Shown here: in pieces, positions 52,661 to 64,000 of the stretch
Numbering within the stretch: the stretch's first letter is position 1
How the letters are laid out: every line of letters begins with the position of its first letter
Made by a program: the position numbers and the translations under genes
The notes under the pieces: model-generated
The model's input: the letters and a program-made list of their open reading frames with translations, nothing else
Told to the model about the DNA's origin: nothing
The model's database searches: none
DNA from: Malacoraja senta
Lineage: Eukaryota
Length of the DNA: 64,000 nucleotides
Direction of reading: 5' to 3'
Assembly (NCBI GenBank): GCA_038087875.1
Contig: JAXLNO010000046.1
Location: forward strand, 64,001 to 128,000

Positions 52661-53189
52661 GACACCTTTGTGTAATTGCTGGGATGATGTGGGTAATTTA
52701 TGTACAAACAATGGGGCACCATTAATGACGTTGGATTATAGTGAGTAAGAGGTTATGTTAAAGTGAGCTATTTGACGGGCTAGTGTAGCATTATGCAGGA
52801 ATTGAATGAGGAGACTATTCCATGATCAGTCAGCCTTGGCGTGACTCTGTTACTTACAGAGCATATGCTTACTTTGGTCCAATTCTTATTTTCATTATTC
52901 CAGTACATATAGAGTATCATACCCAACCAGGTGTACCATTTCTATTACTGAGCCACGTGTGAAAATCTCACTCACTGGTCCCAATGTTTATCATTGGTTG
53001 CAAAGAAGGAGAGCTACTCAGGAACTCAGCAGTTCAGTCAGGGAAATGAAAGATCAACATTTCAGATTGAGACCCTATATCTGGATGAAAGGTCTAGATG
53101 AAGTCTAGATGTAGGCTTTTGACACAAATTGTTGACTATCCATTTCTTTTCACAAACACTGCCTGACCCACTAAGTTCCTCCAGAAGCT

Positions 53190-53550
53190 CTCTTGTGTCT
53201 CCAGTATCTAGTCATGTGTCTCCAGTATCTAGTCTTGTGTCTCCAGTATCTAGTCTTGTGCCTCTAGTATCTAGTCTTGTGCCTCTAGTATCTAGTCTTG
53301 TGTCTCCAGTATCTAGTCTTGTGTCTCCAGTATCTAGTCTTGTGCCTCTAGTATCTAGTCATGTGTCTCCAGTATCTACAGTCTCTTGTGCCTCCAGTAT
53401 CTAGTCTTGTGCCTCTAGTATCTAGTCTTGTGTCTCCAGTATCTACAGTCTCTTGTGCCTCTAGTATCTAGTCTTGTGTCTCCAGTATCTAGTCTTGTGC
53501 CTCTAGTATCTAGTCATGTGTCTCCAGTATCTACAGTCTCTTGTGCCTCC
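53190..53550. repeat. 21-bp minisatellite (gtcttgtgtctccagtatcta), about 16 units
   Basis: 7-aa periodicity (VSPVSSL) in ORF 53129-53404; directly follows a pLTR-derived unit (about 53015-53190). Confidence 0.92.
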
Positions 53551-54106
53551 ATTATCCATTGCTTATTTGTATTGCAATTTTTTGACACAGCTTGCTAAGT
53601 GTCAGGTCTAAAACCACATAACGGAGACTCTGATCCGCATTTTTAGCAGCACAAATTAATCTGTTGTGGCAGGAAGAGTGACTGGCAATTTATGTATTTC
53701 TACATAGAACTCGCAGCACAAACAAAGACAATTTGTCAACTGATGCTTCCTGTACTTCAGCTCTTTTCAATCCCACTATCCTGTCTGTGTCTTTATCTAC
53801 CCCTCTATAAAATGTGTTATTCCCCTTCTGGTCGTGGTGAATTCCATATCCCAACCATTCTTTAGTTTAAATAGTTTCTCCTGAATTCTCTCCTGAATAT
53901 TCATGGCCTCTGGTTTCAGTGTCGTTCACTCGACCACAAAAACGGGCATCAGAATGGAATAACAGGAATCCAAATACATCCCCCGAGGTGAAGCTTCATG
54001 TCTATAAGTTACCTGTCAATAGCATATAAAGGAATAGCATTCATTATTGGTGTTTATAATCAATTATCAGTGAATTATGCATCTAGAAGAATATTATAAA
54101 AAGGCA

Positions 54107-54243
54107 GGTAGACAAAAATGCTGGAGAAACTCAGCGGGTGAGGCAGCATCTATGGAGCTCCACAGATGCTGCCTCACCCGTTGAGTTTCTCCAGCATTTT
54201 TGTCTACCTTTGATTTTCCAGCATCTGCAGTTCCTTCTTAAAC
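54107..54243. mobile_element. Palindromic pLTR-derived insertion; 11-bp TSD
   Basis: TSD ataaaaaggca at 54096-54106 and 54244-54254; 104-bp palindrome 54106-54209 with two mismatches. Confidence 0.9.
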
Positions 54244-55739
54244 ATAAAAAGGCACATCTTTATGTGTAGTGGCTTGTTACAAAAATATATTTGACAAAAT
54301 GGTTGAGAGTGAGACTTTCTTTTCCAAACTTTTCTCCCTAAACTGTGGAATAAGTTTCCACAAAGTACTTTTCCAGGTTTGGCTCGGCACCGTTTGTCTC
54401 AGCAACGAATATTGAGAAAAACAGTACCGACTGTATGAGTGTCAATCATGTAGTTCCCAGAACACCCATAAAATCACCAATGTAATGCCGCCTTTAAACT
54501 GCCCGCTAATACGAAAACCTGACAGTGTTTCAAATAGTGGCGTTACACAAAGGGAATTTTCGCTGTGAATTATGGAAACATTTTGAATTCAGGTAGGTGT
54601 TTTGAAAGATCTATGTTGAATCCATGTTGACCCTCAATCTCCACTTACTGTGCATTGATATAGCATTCGTCAGAAATAATGCAGAGTATTCAACTCACCC
54701 TGCCACTTACTGCAGTCATCTCTGGCGATGAGACACAACAACTCTTGATAAAGTGTTGAAAATCCCACATATATTTCCCACACATTAAGCAAAACACGGA
54801 CTGTCGAAGAAAAAAGCTTGGGTTTGATGGTGTTGTGTTTCACTTGTACAAGATTGAAACGGCTTATTTCATAGCTATTTGTTATGTGCTCCAGAATATC
54901 ACACATGGCCATTGTGAAATGCCCTAACATCATGTTCTTTTGCTATAACATCAGAACAGCAAACAAAGTAAAGGACAGCTACAATATCAGATTTTTTATT
55001 ATTATGTAGGACCTTTATAAGCATTTTAAATTCACATTTCAGAAAGAGAACACCATATTTAGAAAAGAGCCAGTGTGTATCTGTTTCACAAGAGTCTGGG
55101 ACAGCCTTTTGGGGAAAGCCACGTGGATCTTTGCACAATACATTAAGTTGGAGATAAGATACAGCCTAGTACATAGAACCCTAAACCGCTGGGTTTATAC
55201 AAGGTCGAATGGACACTCCCATTCTATGCTCCAGTTATTCATCTCTTGTTCGGCCATATCTTAAAATTTTGCTCCATAAAAAAAAATCTGGAAAGTATGA
55301 TTAAACATTGTGCACACCATGGCAGCTGAGAAGTTCAGCTACTGCCAGTGTTACTCACCAACTCAATGTATTTAATTAGAGGTTCACCTGATTCTCAAGG
55401 CAGTGAGAATCCTTTGATCAAACCAGTGGGGCTGACTGTTGGTAATGGGAATGCTAACTCAAACAGTCAGATGTATTCCCAACTGATACTCCACAATTGT
55501 AAATACATTAACCTCTTCTGCTCTCTGGAAATTTCAAAGGAATGGACAATGTGTTTTAAAAAAAAAGGGAGATTTTTCAATTGGGGAAAAATTCCACTCA
55601 CGGTTGCCTGTGGTGCCTGAAGAATGATAATTGGAATTTGTAAAATGGTTAATCTCACGTGATCCATCAATACCTAAGATTCATCTAATGTCATTTTCCA
55701 GCGGATTTACAAAATGCGTACCTGAAACAGATTTAATGG

Positions 55740-55852
55740 TAGAAACAAGGAACTACAGATACTGGTTTACAAAAAGACACAAAGTGCTGGAGTAACTCAG
55801 CGGGTCAGGCAGCATCTCTGGAGAACATGGATAGGTGACGTTTTGGGTCGGG
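55740..55852 (-). mobile_element. Penelope pLTR-derived monomer
   Basis: agaaacaaggaactacagatactgg...gtgacgttttgggtcggg. Confidence 0.8.
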
Positions 55853-56381
55853 TTATGGGCCACTTTGGGAAATCTTGGGTCAACAGACTGACTCGTGGTG
55901 ACATCTAAAACCACCAAAACAGCATAAAATCTCATCATGTATGGTTATATCGAGGATTGACAGATTCCTTTCCTATATGAGAATGTGGAGCTGAACTCAT
56001 CCCATTCCCAATGAGCACTGACAACTATGATCAAAAGACAAGAGTTCATGGTGATTTTCCTTCTCTTCCACTGTTCTACTTAAGTATGGTAACAAAATGT
56101 GAACTGATCAGGGTGGATTCGACAACAAAGGTATTTCATTATTAAGCAATTTCATTGGGTTTTATTCCATAAACAAAAACAGAATTTTGTTGTTCCAGTC
56201 CCTTTGTAAAACAAGAACACACACTGACACACAAACACACTCACACAAATGCGCACACACAGAGCTTCCCATTAGAACTGGGAGATTTATTATCCTTTAA
56301 AGATCTCAACACCATCCATCTTCCTCCATTTTCTGAGTTGAGGACATCTGGAAAACCACCATGATCAGCAGCAGAAGTCAG

Positions 56382-56700
56382 CATGATAGAGGTACTCTCC
56401 ATGATAGAGATACTCCCCATGGTAGAGATACTCTCCATGGTAGATACTCCCTATGATAGATACTCCACATGATAGATACTCTCCATGGTAGAGATACTCC
56501 CCATGGTAGAGATACTCTCCATGGTAGATACTCTCCATGGTAGAGATACTCTCCATGATAGATACTCCACATGATAGATACTCTCCATGGTAGAGATACT
56601 CCCCATTGTAGAGATACTCCCCATGGTAGATACTCCCCATGATAGAGATACTCTCCATGGTAGATACTCCCCATGATAGAGATACTCTCCATGGTGGAGG
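56382..56700. repeat. Compound 16/18-bp minisatellite (ccatggtaga[ga]tactct)
   Basis: Direct inspection; gives HGEYLY / MESIST periodic ORFs. Confidence 0.9.
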
Positions 56701-59098
56701 TACGCTGCATGTTTCCTTCTACACTGTACTGTGTTGTTATTGCGTGGCACTGCATTCAATGGAAATACACCCCTCAACCAGAAACACACGTGGCAGGCTA
56801 GCCTGCACAACATATCTGTGACCTATGGCTAGAAATCAAGTGCTATGCTACAGAAGTTCCCTTTCCCCCTCTTCTCCATTATTTTTGAGAGAGAGGTGTG
56901 GTCATTATGTCTTGTCAGATTCTAGTAATGGGCTTCCCTTTCAAACTAGCAGCATTTCCCATCTTCTGAAGACCAAACTAGTTCCCAATATTTGTGCCTC
57001 TCGGATTTGCTGGTAATGTTCATCGTTTACGCCAATATAATCAGGAATCAGATTGGATATTCTTTTAACAGGTCTAATGTCCATGGGTAACGTTTATAGA
57101 AGGTCAAATGTTGCCTGTAACCATTGTGATGTGGTTCCAATTGGTGCCCAAGGAAACTGATTTGGCAGCCTTAAGGCAAATTGTATTTAATGCACTGACA
57201 ATTATAATTAAGCAAAGAGGTTGAAGTAAGCTACGGTTAACGGCAGAATCATACTCCCAGTTGTTTAATTCGGAGCATCATGAATCTGTCGTAGAATATT
57301 AATTTTTGTCAAGTGCAATGGAGGTAAACGACACACTATTTACAAGAGAAAGGTTTGTCCCCTGAAGTCTTGCATCCAGACTTGAGATTCTTGGCCTAGC
57401 TCCGAAACAATGCCCAGAGTGCCTTGCTGGGCAGGTTTGGACGGGTTGTTCAGCTTGGCTTGGGTCTACATGTCTACATTCCATGCCCAAATCTAAGCCC
57501 ATGTCAAAAGAAGTTTGCACAGACCCACACAAGGCATGCACCATGCAAAGCAAGGAATGAGTAAGCTGTCTAGGAAACAACAGACTTTTTGTATAATTGT
57601 TAATGGTCAATTTCACGGCCAAGGTTGTCACATCCTTCAGTTGGCTCATCAGAGTTCAAAGTTACCAGAAAAATACATTTTGACCTAACAGATAAAGCTA
57701 TAAATAGAACTGCTGATATTTAAGTCACACTTGTTGAAACATTTTTAGGGATGTTTCAGGATATGATTTAAACAATCGCCATGGTTGCCGCTAGTTGTAA
57801 TTCGTAAGCCCATTGGCTACTAGACATTTGTGTTATTGAGTATAAAGCAGAAACACCCAGTCTGATGCAGACATTTGCCACCAAGCTGGGAACATGAATG
57901 GAAAATAAATAGTGCGGAGTGGGATGAATGATACATCTTTCAAAGCCCAGCCGGCTGGTGGTGTATATACATTCTGACAGGTTGCTCCTGCCTCTCAGCC
58001 CCCAATGATGATCTTACCCACGTACTGGACTGGCACCATTGCTAACTTGCCTCGGTTGTTCAATGACCAGTGAATTGAAACAGATTAAAAATTGGCTTAT
58101 ACAGCCAGTGGTCAGTATAATTGTTCTCATTTCCCAGCGGAACATGACCACAGGGGGAGTGGTGAGAAGAACACTGGAATGAAGTGTTGTCATTGATAGG
58201 GCACCACCACAGGTAACATTACACCTGAGCCAGTACATTTGACCTTTGTGCCAATAGGCTACTAGTGTCACATAATATCTTCATCAGCTTCAGCTGCTCC
58301 TGTCACTGCCAGTGATGTGTAACCACTAGTGTTCTGCTCAACACCCTTCATGTGGACACAACCAAGTGCAAATAGGACAGAATCTGCATTGTGTGGTGTG
58401 GTTTTTCACAGTTCTGTTGGGCGTGATATGAACAATGTGCCCATCCATTGTACTCTATAGCACTGAGCAAGTTCTCTAACAGTTCTACCAACCTCACACA
58501 ATAAATATATGAATACTGAGAAAGTCTTTCACAGTCATTACAAAATTCAACCATTATACCATCATCATAATTATCAGTGCCTCTAAATTGTACTTTATCT
58601 AAAATTTTTATAAAATGATATTTTCTCCAAGAAATGTTTGTGCTATCGTGATTATACCCGGACTCTCATTGCTGCCTTCCAGGAGCTCCTCTTAGATTTA
58701 GTATTTTTTAAAGATTCGATTTTAATAAGTACTGGACAGAATTGAAATGTGAAGTTCTGGAAGCTTTCTATTCCCATATTCAGCGCTTAAAATTTGAACT
58801 ATTTGTTGTCATTTTTGTTCAAATCTGAATCAAACTAATTAAAAGAATTGACAAATAATGTAACATTTCACTGCTTTTCCATGTTTTTAGGGGCTACAGC
58901 TACACAGTTTTAGAAACAAAATTGGTTCTTATCAAATTTATGCCAAATCTGGACCTCAGTTCATTTCTTTCATCTCTTCCTGGAAGGAATTAAATAGACG
59001 GCAGATAAATACCAAGTATTTCTGAAAAATAAATTAACAGGAAAGATTTTGTTTCATGCTATTCGGTAGTGTAGCGGTAACAGACAGTTTAAACATGG

Positions 59099-59099
<1 letters not shown>

Positions 59100-59133
<34 letters not shown>

Positions 59134-59154
59134 TGTGTGTGTGTATGTGTGTGC

Positions 59155-59249
<95 letters not shown>

Positions 59250-59325
59250 TGTCTGTGTGTGTGTATGTGTGTGTGTGTGTGTGTGTGTGCTTGTGTGTGT
59301 GTTTGTGTGTGTGTGTGTGTATGTG

Positions 59326-59376
<51 letters not shown>

Positions 59377-59380
59377 TTGT

Positions 59381-59425
<45 letters not shown>

Positions 59426-59467
59426 TGTCTGTGTGTGTGTGTGTGTATGTGTGTGTGTGTGTGTGCT

Positions 59468-59554
<87 letters not shown>

Positions 59555-59555
59555 T

Positions 59556-59592
<37 letters not shown>

Positions 59593-59604
59593 TTGTGTGT
59601 GTGT

Positions 59605-59645
<41 letters not shown>

Positions 59646-59935
59646 TGTGTGTGTGTGCTTGTGTGTTTGTGTGTGTGTTAGTCTCTGTCTGTTTGTATTA
59701 GAGAGTGTGTGTGTGTGTTTGTGTGTGTGTTAGTCTCTGTCTGTTTGTATTAGAGAGTGTGTGTGTGTTTGTGTTATAGAGGGTGTGTTTATGTGTGTGT
59801 GTGTATTAGGGAGAGTGTGTGTACATGTGTGCGTGTTATAGTGTGTATGTATTAGAATGTGTACGTGTGTGTGTGTATTTAGAGAGTGTATGTGTACATG
59901 TGTGTGTTATAGTGTTTGTGTGTGTGTGTGTGTGT
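59100..59935. repeat. Long imperfect (GT)n microsatellite
   Basis: About 830 bp of alternating GT with interruptions. Confidence 0.98.
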
Positions 59936-60599
59936 TCACATTAAAAGCAATCCATATTTAACTAAGGTGTTGTTGTTCTGAGTTCCAGATTACACAGGGC
60001 ATCTGTGAACCAGGAACATGAGCACACCTGTAGAAACATGGCTGTAGAACAATGTAGATAGACAACCACACCTGCCGAGAGTTGGGGAAACTGGCTCCAT
60101 GACAGAAAATCTACATAATAAATTCAGTCAACTTTATAATTTTATACTTTTCGGTTGGATGATAAACAAAAATGATTTCCTGCAGCCTTTCTTTTCATGT
60201 AAAAAAAATGACTGATGTTGTTTTCATTTAGCAGGAAAATGCAATTTAGATTTGTGTTTTCTGTAAGGTGGCTGATGTCGTGGTACACAAACCTTTCATT
60301 GATTAGGTGCTTAGACAATAGCAAACCAAATGCTCATTTTAATGCGTTACTTGGTCAATTGTATTGGTGATTGTAGGCAGCAGCACAATTAACACGGTGA
60401 TGAGGGGGGGGGAAATCACTCAATATTGGTTCCCATTTATGTTGATCATTCAGTGACTGCTTTTTGCAATAATATTTTCTAATCCCGGATGAGAGGAAAA
60501 CTGAACTCACTTGTGGCTCCTACAACCTTCAAGACAAGTATTCACTGGGGAATTCAAATCAGAAGAGAAAAGGGCAGCAGGAGGGATTTGGAAAATATA

Positions 60600-61400
60600 T
60601 CTCCTGTTCATAAGTGATAGGAGCAGAATTAGGCCATTCAGCCCATCAAGTATACTCTTCCATTCAACATGGCTGATCTATCTTTGCCTCTCAACCCTTC
60701 TGTCTTCTCCCCATAACTCACTTTATTTGAATGGTGTCCAATATTGAATCATATTAGTGGGCATGTTAATATCAATGTTACCATGTAAATACAATTTTAC
60801 AGGGAGTGCAAGAATAGACAGCCCTGAGGGTTTATCTCTGAAGATGGCCAGGATCCTTGGCTTTATAAATAGCACACTAAAGAATGGAAGTTTTGATTAA
60901 TTGGTCAGGCCCGACATTCTGCAGCCAATTTTGTCTGCTAATTGTGAGGATGGGTGTGTCAGCTTTAAAGGAGCCACAGAGGACTGATACTGAGAATGGG
61001 GAACCTTAGTTATTGGAGGGACAAATGAGCTGTAGGATGAGAAAGCTAAGAGATTTGTTCACAGTTATGAGGGGTTTTCGCAACCAAAATGGAGAAATTG
61101 TTTCCTTAGTTAGCAGGGTGGGTATGTGGATGATTTGAACGTGGGGTCGTTGGTAATAGAACAAGTCGAGGCTTGAGGAAGACATCATTTGTGCAGTGTG
61201 TTGCCAGGACCTGACGTGAACTGTCTGAGAAGATTTAAAAAAAAAGCAGATTCAACAAGTCTTCAAAAGAAATTTGATGAAGAATATTGATTTAGGTAAA
61301 AGCAAGAAAATGAGTGTAAATAAAATATTCTGTTGAAAAGGTTGCGAGGGTTTGTTTGACCAGAAGAGCTTCTTCTTGTGCTGTATCATTCTAGGATTCT
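60600..61400. mobile_element. Degenerate CR1 remnants (minus-strand tail about 60605-60720; old plus-strand piece about 60820-61400)
   Basis: aggagcagaattaggccattcagccc; ttggtcaggcccgaca...aattttgtct. Confidence 0.5.
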
Positions 61401-61584
61401 GATACATGGCTGTTAATCAAATCTGCATAAATGTGAAATTAAGCCCAATGTAGCTTGTCCAGACATAGCATTGAGCTGAATTTATTTCAGCAATGATATA
61501 AAGTAAATCAACTTTAGAAACTCATATGAGAGTCTAATGATTTTCTGAAGTGCACAGTCAGTATCTTGTTGCGTTGGGATTTGT

Positions 61585-61590
61585 TTTATT
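61585..61590 (-). promoter_or_regulatory. Candidate proximal polyadenylation signal (AATAAA) for SEMA6B-like
   Basis: tttatt on + strand ~330 nt past the stop; a second one at 61481-61486. Motif only, no transcript evidence. Confidence 0.35.
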
Positions 61591-61915
61591 AGATTAGCAA
61601 TAATAAAAATCTTGCTGTGAATAATTGCTAATTAAAATTCCTGGATAATTTTTCACTGTTATTATGGCTCCTGAAGAGGCAGCAGTAAAGAGAAATCCAG
61701 TAAGATTGCTCAGTAATATTCTCCCCCACATCCTTCTGAAGCTCATGTACCTTTTTTGCAAAGAAAATAATTTGATAAATTTGAGGATAGGTCTTTGTTT
61801 AAGGAGCGCTGTTGTCTCCTTGCCCAGTTTTCCTCAAGTAGTTAACGTTTGCTTTTAAATATTTGTCACACATTTTCACAAAGATTAATGAAGAAATAGG
61901 AAAGCAGAATGTGTC

Positions 61916-62913
61916 TCATTTTGCTGAAGGTGTCCTTTCCACGCCTGACTTTTTTGGTGGTTTGAAGGTTGCGATGTCTGGTTGGCCAGTGATGGACGGG
62001 ACTGGCTGATGGAGATGTACATGATGCACAGTCACTGGCTCCTTTCTCTGCAGAGCAGCTGAACTGTCCCCTCTGTTAAATGTTTGACTCCTCACTTGTT
62101 GTGAAGGTATGGGTGCATTTGCTTTCTCATAATTCCACTGCGTGGAACATGTCGGGTCATCCCCAATATAGTCTTGTGGCAACACAGGTGTTGACGTGCC
62201 TCTTCTTCTCTTGGGGCTGTTATGTGGAGAGATTGAGTATTCCACAAAGGCATGGCTGCCTCCGTTGCCACCGAGTGATGACCTGTAATGAGAGCCTGCA
62301 TTCTCTAGCTGTCCTCTCATACTGTGGGAAAGGTAATGGTTGTCCATGATGTCTGTACTCTCACTCACCAGCTCCTGATCCCGGTGGAAGGAATGTCGGG
62401 AGGTTGGGATGACCCGCATGTTGCCAAGGTGATGAGTGGAGTCGACCAGTATCATTGGTGACCCGACACAGGACGTCTCCCTCAGACTGGCGTTGATCAG
62501 GTTCTGATCCCACTCACAGCTCCGCATTCCTGCGCTGCGTTTCTGCTGCAGGGGCGTCTGTTCTGGCGTTGGCAGGACTGTGGAATCAAGGTGATGTTGG
62601 CTGGTTTTCATCAGGGTCTTTGACCAGCCGTTCTGCATGAGTGGGGCGAGCAGGGTTTCCGGCTGCCCTCTGGAGCGGCGCTCTACCATGCCACCCAACT
62701 TGGTTACACTGACCACCGACTCACTGTGGGAAAGGATGGTTTCCTTGTCCTTCCTCCTGGCCGTGTCCTTTTTGTCCCGGTGGCCAATGAACCAACAGAC
62801 GCTGAACCCAGAGATGACTGCTCCGATCACAAAGGCAGCAATGGCTGAGATCACCAGGAGGTTGACAGAAACCAGGCCATTGGGCTCCTCGACAAAACTC
62901 TCATGGATCAGGC
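61916..62913 (-). CDS. SEMA6B: Terminal coding exon of semaphorin-6B-like gene (juxtamembrane segment, TM helix, whole cytoplasmic tail, TGA stop)
   Basis: Translation (G)[60 protein letters not shown]...[13 protein letters not shown]...[13 protein letters not shown] matches motifs I recognise from vertebrate SEMA6B ([46 protein letters not shown]). Minus-strand acceptor tatgtgttcccaccacag|GC ends at 62914, phase 1, in frame with the ORF 61916-62854. Upstream exons lie beyond the window. Confidence 0.93.
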
Positions 62914-63849
62914 CTGTGGTGGGAACACATATAATAAGTTAACAAGCAGTAAACATTGTTTATTGACCTCAGGGACACCATTAATCATTGCCAAGGTTCA
63001 TCATTCCTTTATATGACAAGGTCAAGTTTGCTTTCATAATTTCGTTCCACATGCATCACATGTTCTGTTAGCTGATGTCATGTTTTATTTATCTCATGCT
63101 CACAAAGTTACTCAACTATAAATGCACTTCCTCCTGTTTTCCCGTTTTGCCTCCATTTCAGGTTTGACAAGCTTATCCCCATCTCATCATTTGTCCATTA
63201 TGCCTTCTCAGTCAGTCAGAGGTACAGTGAAAAGCTTTTGTTGCGTGCTATCCAGTCAGTGGAAAGACTGTACATGATTACAATCAAGCCGTCCACAGTG
63301 TACAGTGAATATCTCTGCCCCCCACTGTGCTGGCTGACACGGAGAGGGTGGAGTCAATGTCCCCTCGATCGCTTGCTCCTTTTATCTGTTGGTTTTAAAA
63401 ATTCAATCTTGTTGATTCAGAACTTCCTGATTTTTCATTGATTTTGAGATAGAAAATTCCAAAGATGTTCTAAAGAACTTTGTCAGGTTCTTGTGCAACT
63501 AGAAATGTGCTGTTGGATTTGTTGGATCCCGCCCCTTTGCTCAGTGCATTGACACCATCTTTCAGGAGGTGATTTGGTTCGATCCTTTGCCTGCCTATCA
63601 TAGTAATTGTCATCACGATACAGCAATGAAACAGATCCTTCAGCCCATCAAGTCTATACTGACCATCAACCACACCATCTACTAATCCTACATGAAACCC
63701 ATTTTATTTTCCTCACATTATTCCAGCAGGTGCAGCTGGTGAAGCTGGTGAGGCTGGTGAGGCTGGTGCTACCCACAGTGATTCAGGGGCACAGCAGTCG
63801 GGATTTCCAGCTGTGGGCAGTAATCTGCTGCAACATCTGTGCTGTCGTT

Positions 63850-64000
63850 CTGATGCCTGTGGTTGGGTCAAGGTCTCTGATGCCTGTGGTTGGGTCAAGG
63901 TCTCTGATGCCTGTGGTTGGGACAAGGCCTGTGATGTCCGTGGTTGGGACAAGGTGTGTGATGTCCGTGGTTGGGACAAGGTGTGTGATGTCCATGGTTG
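63850..64000. repeat. 27-bp minisatellite in the SEMA6B intron, running off the window; a 9-bp repeat (ggtgaggct) at 63729-63768
   Basis: tgatg(cc/tc)..tggttggg(t/a)caagg.. units; 9-aa periodicity in the minus-strand ORFs. Confidence 0.9.

Noticed and set aside
56365..56813. HGEYLY / MESIST repeat proteins
   Set aside because: 16- and 18-bp units shift frame repeatedly; non-coding minisatellite.
59056..59733. ORFs of 190-225 aa of alternating Cys/Val
   Set aside because: Translation of a (GT)n microsatellite.

Overview
Vertebrate genomic DNA, most likely from a cartilaginous fish (skate/ray-like; inferred from the repeat families, not from a database match). Only one protein-coding exon is recognisable: the large terminal exon of a class-6 semaphorin (SEMA6B-like) on the minus strand at 61916-62913, encoding the transmembrane helix and cytoplasmic tail. 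The other ~62 kb is downstream/intergenic sequence dense with retroelements: CR1, Rex1/Babar, L2, Penelope, an RTE-derived short element, tRNA-derived V-SINE/HE1-like SINEs and old Deu-domain SINEs. There is also a Harbinger-type MITE and several mini- and microsatellites. The most interesting signal is a family of 90-350 bp non-coding insertions derived from the Penelope pseudo-LTR. Several have 8-13 bp target-site duplications (TSDs), several carry a minimal hammerhead-ribozyme core (CUGAAGA-helix II-GAAACGUC), and they recur as tandem multimers joined at GAAACGUC or as long hairpins. Also notable: a three-level nested insertion (Rex1 inside Penelope inside Rex1) and a minisatellite that appears to have grown from an element tail. 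Almost all other ORFs in the track are TE fragments or spurious. Family names rest on motif recognition, and repeat boundaries are approximate unless fixed by a TSD.
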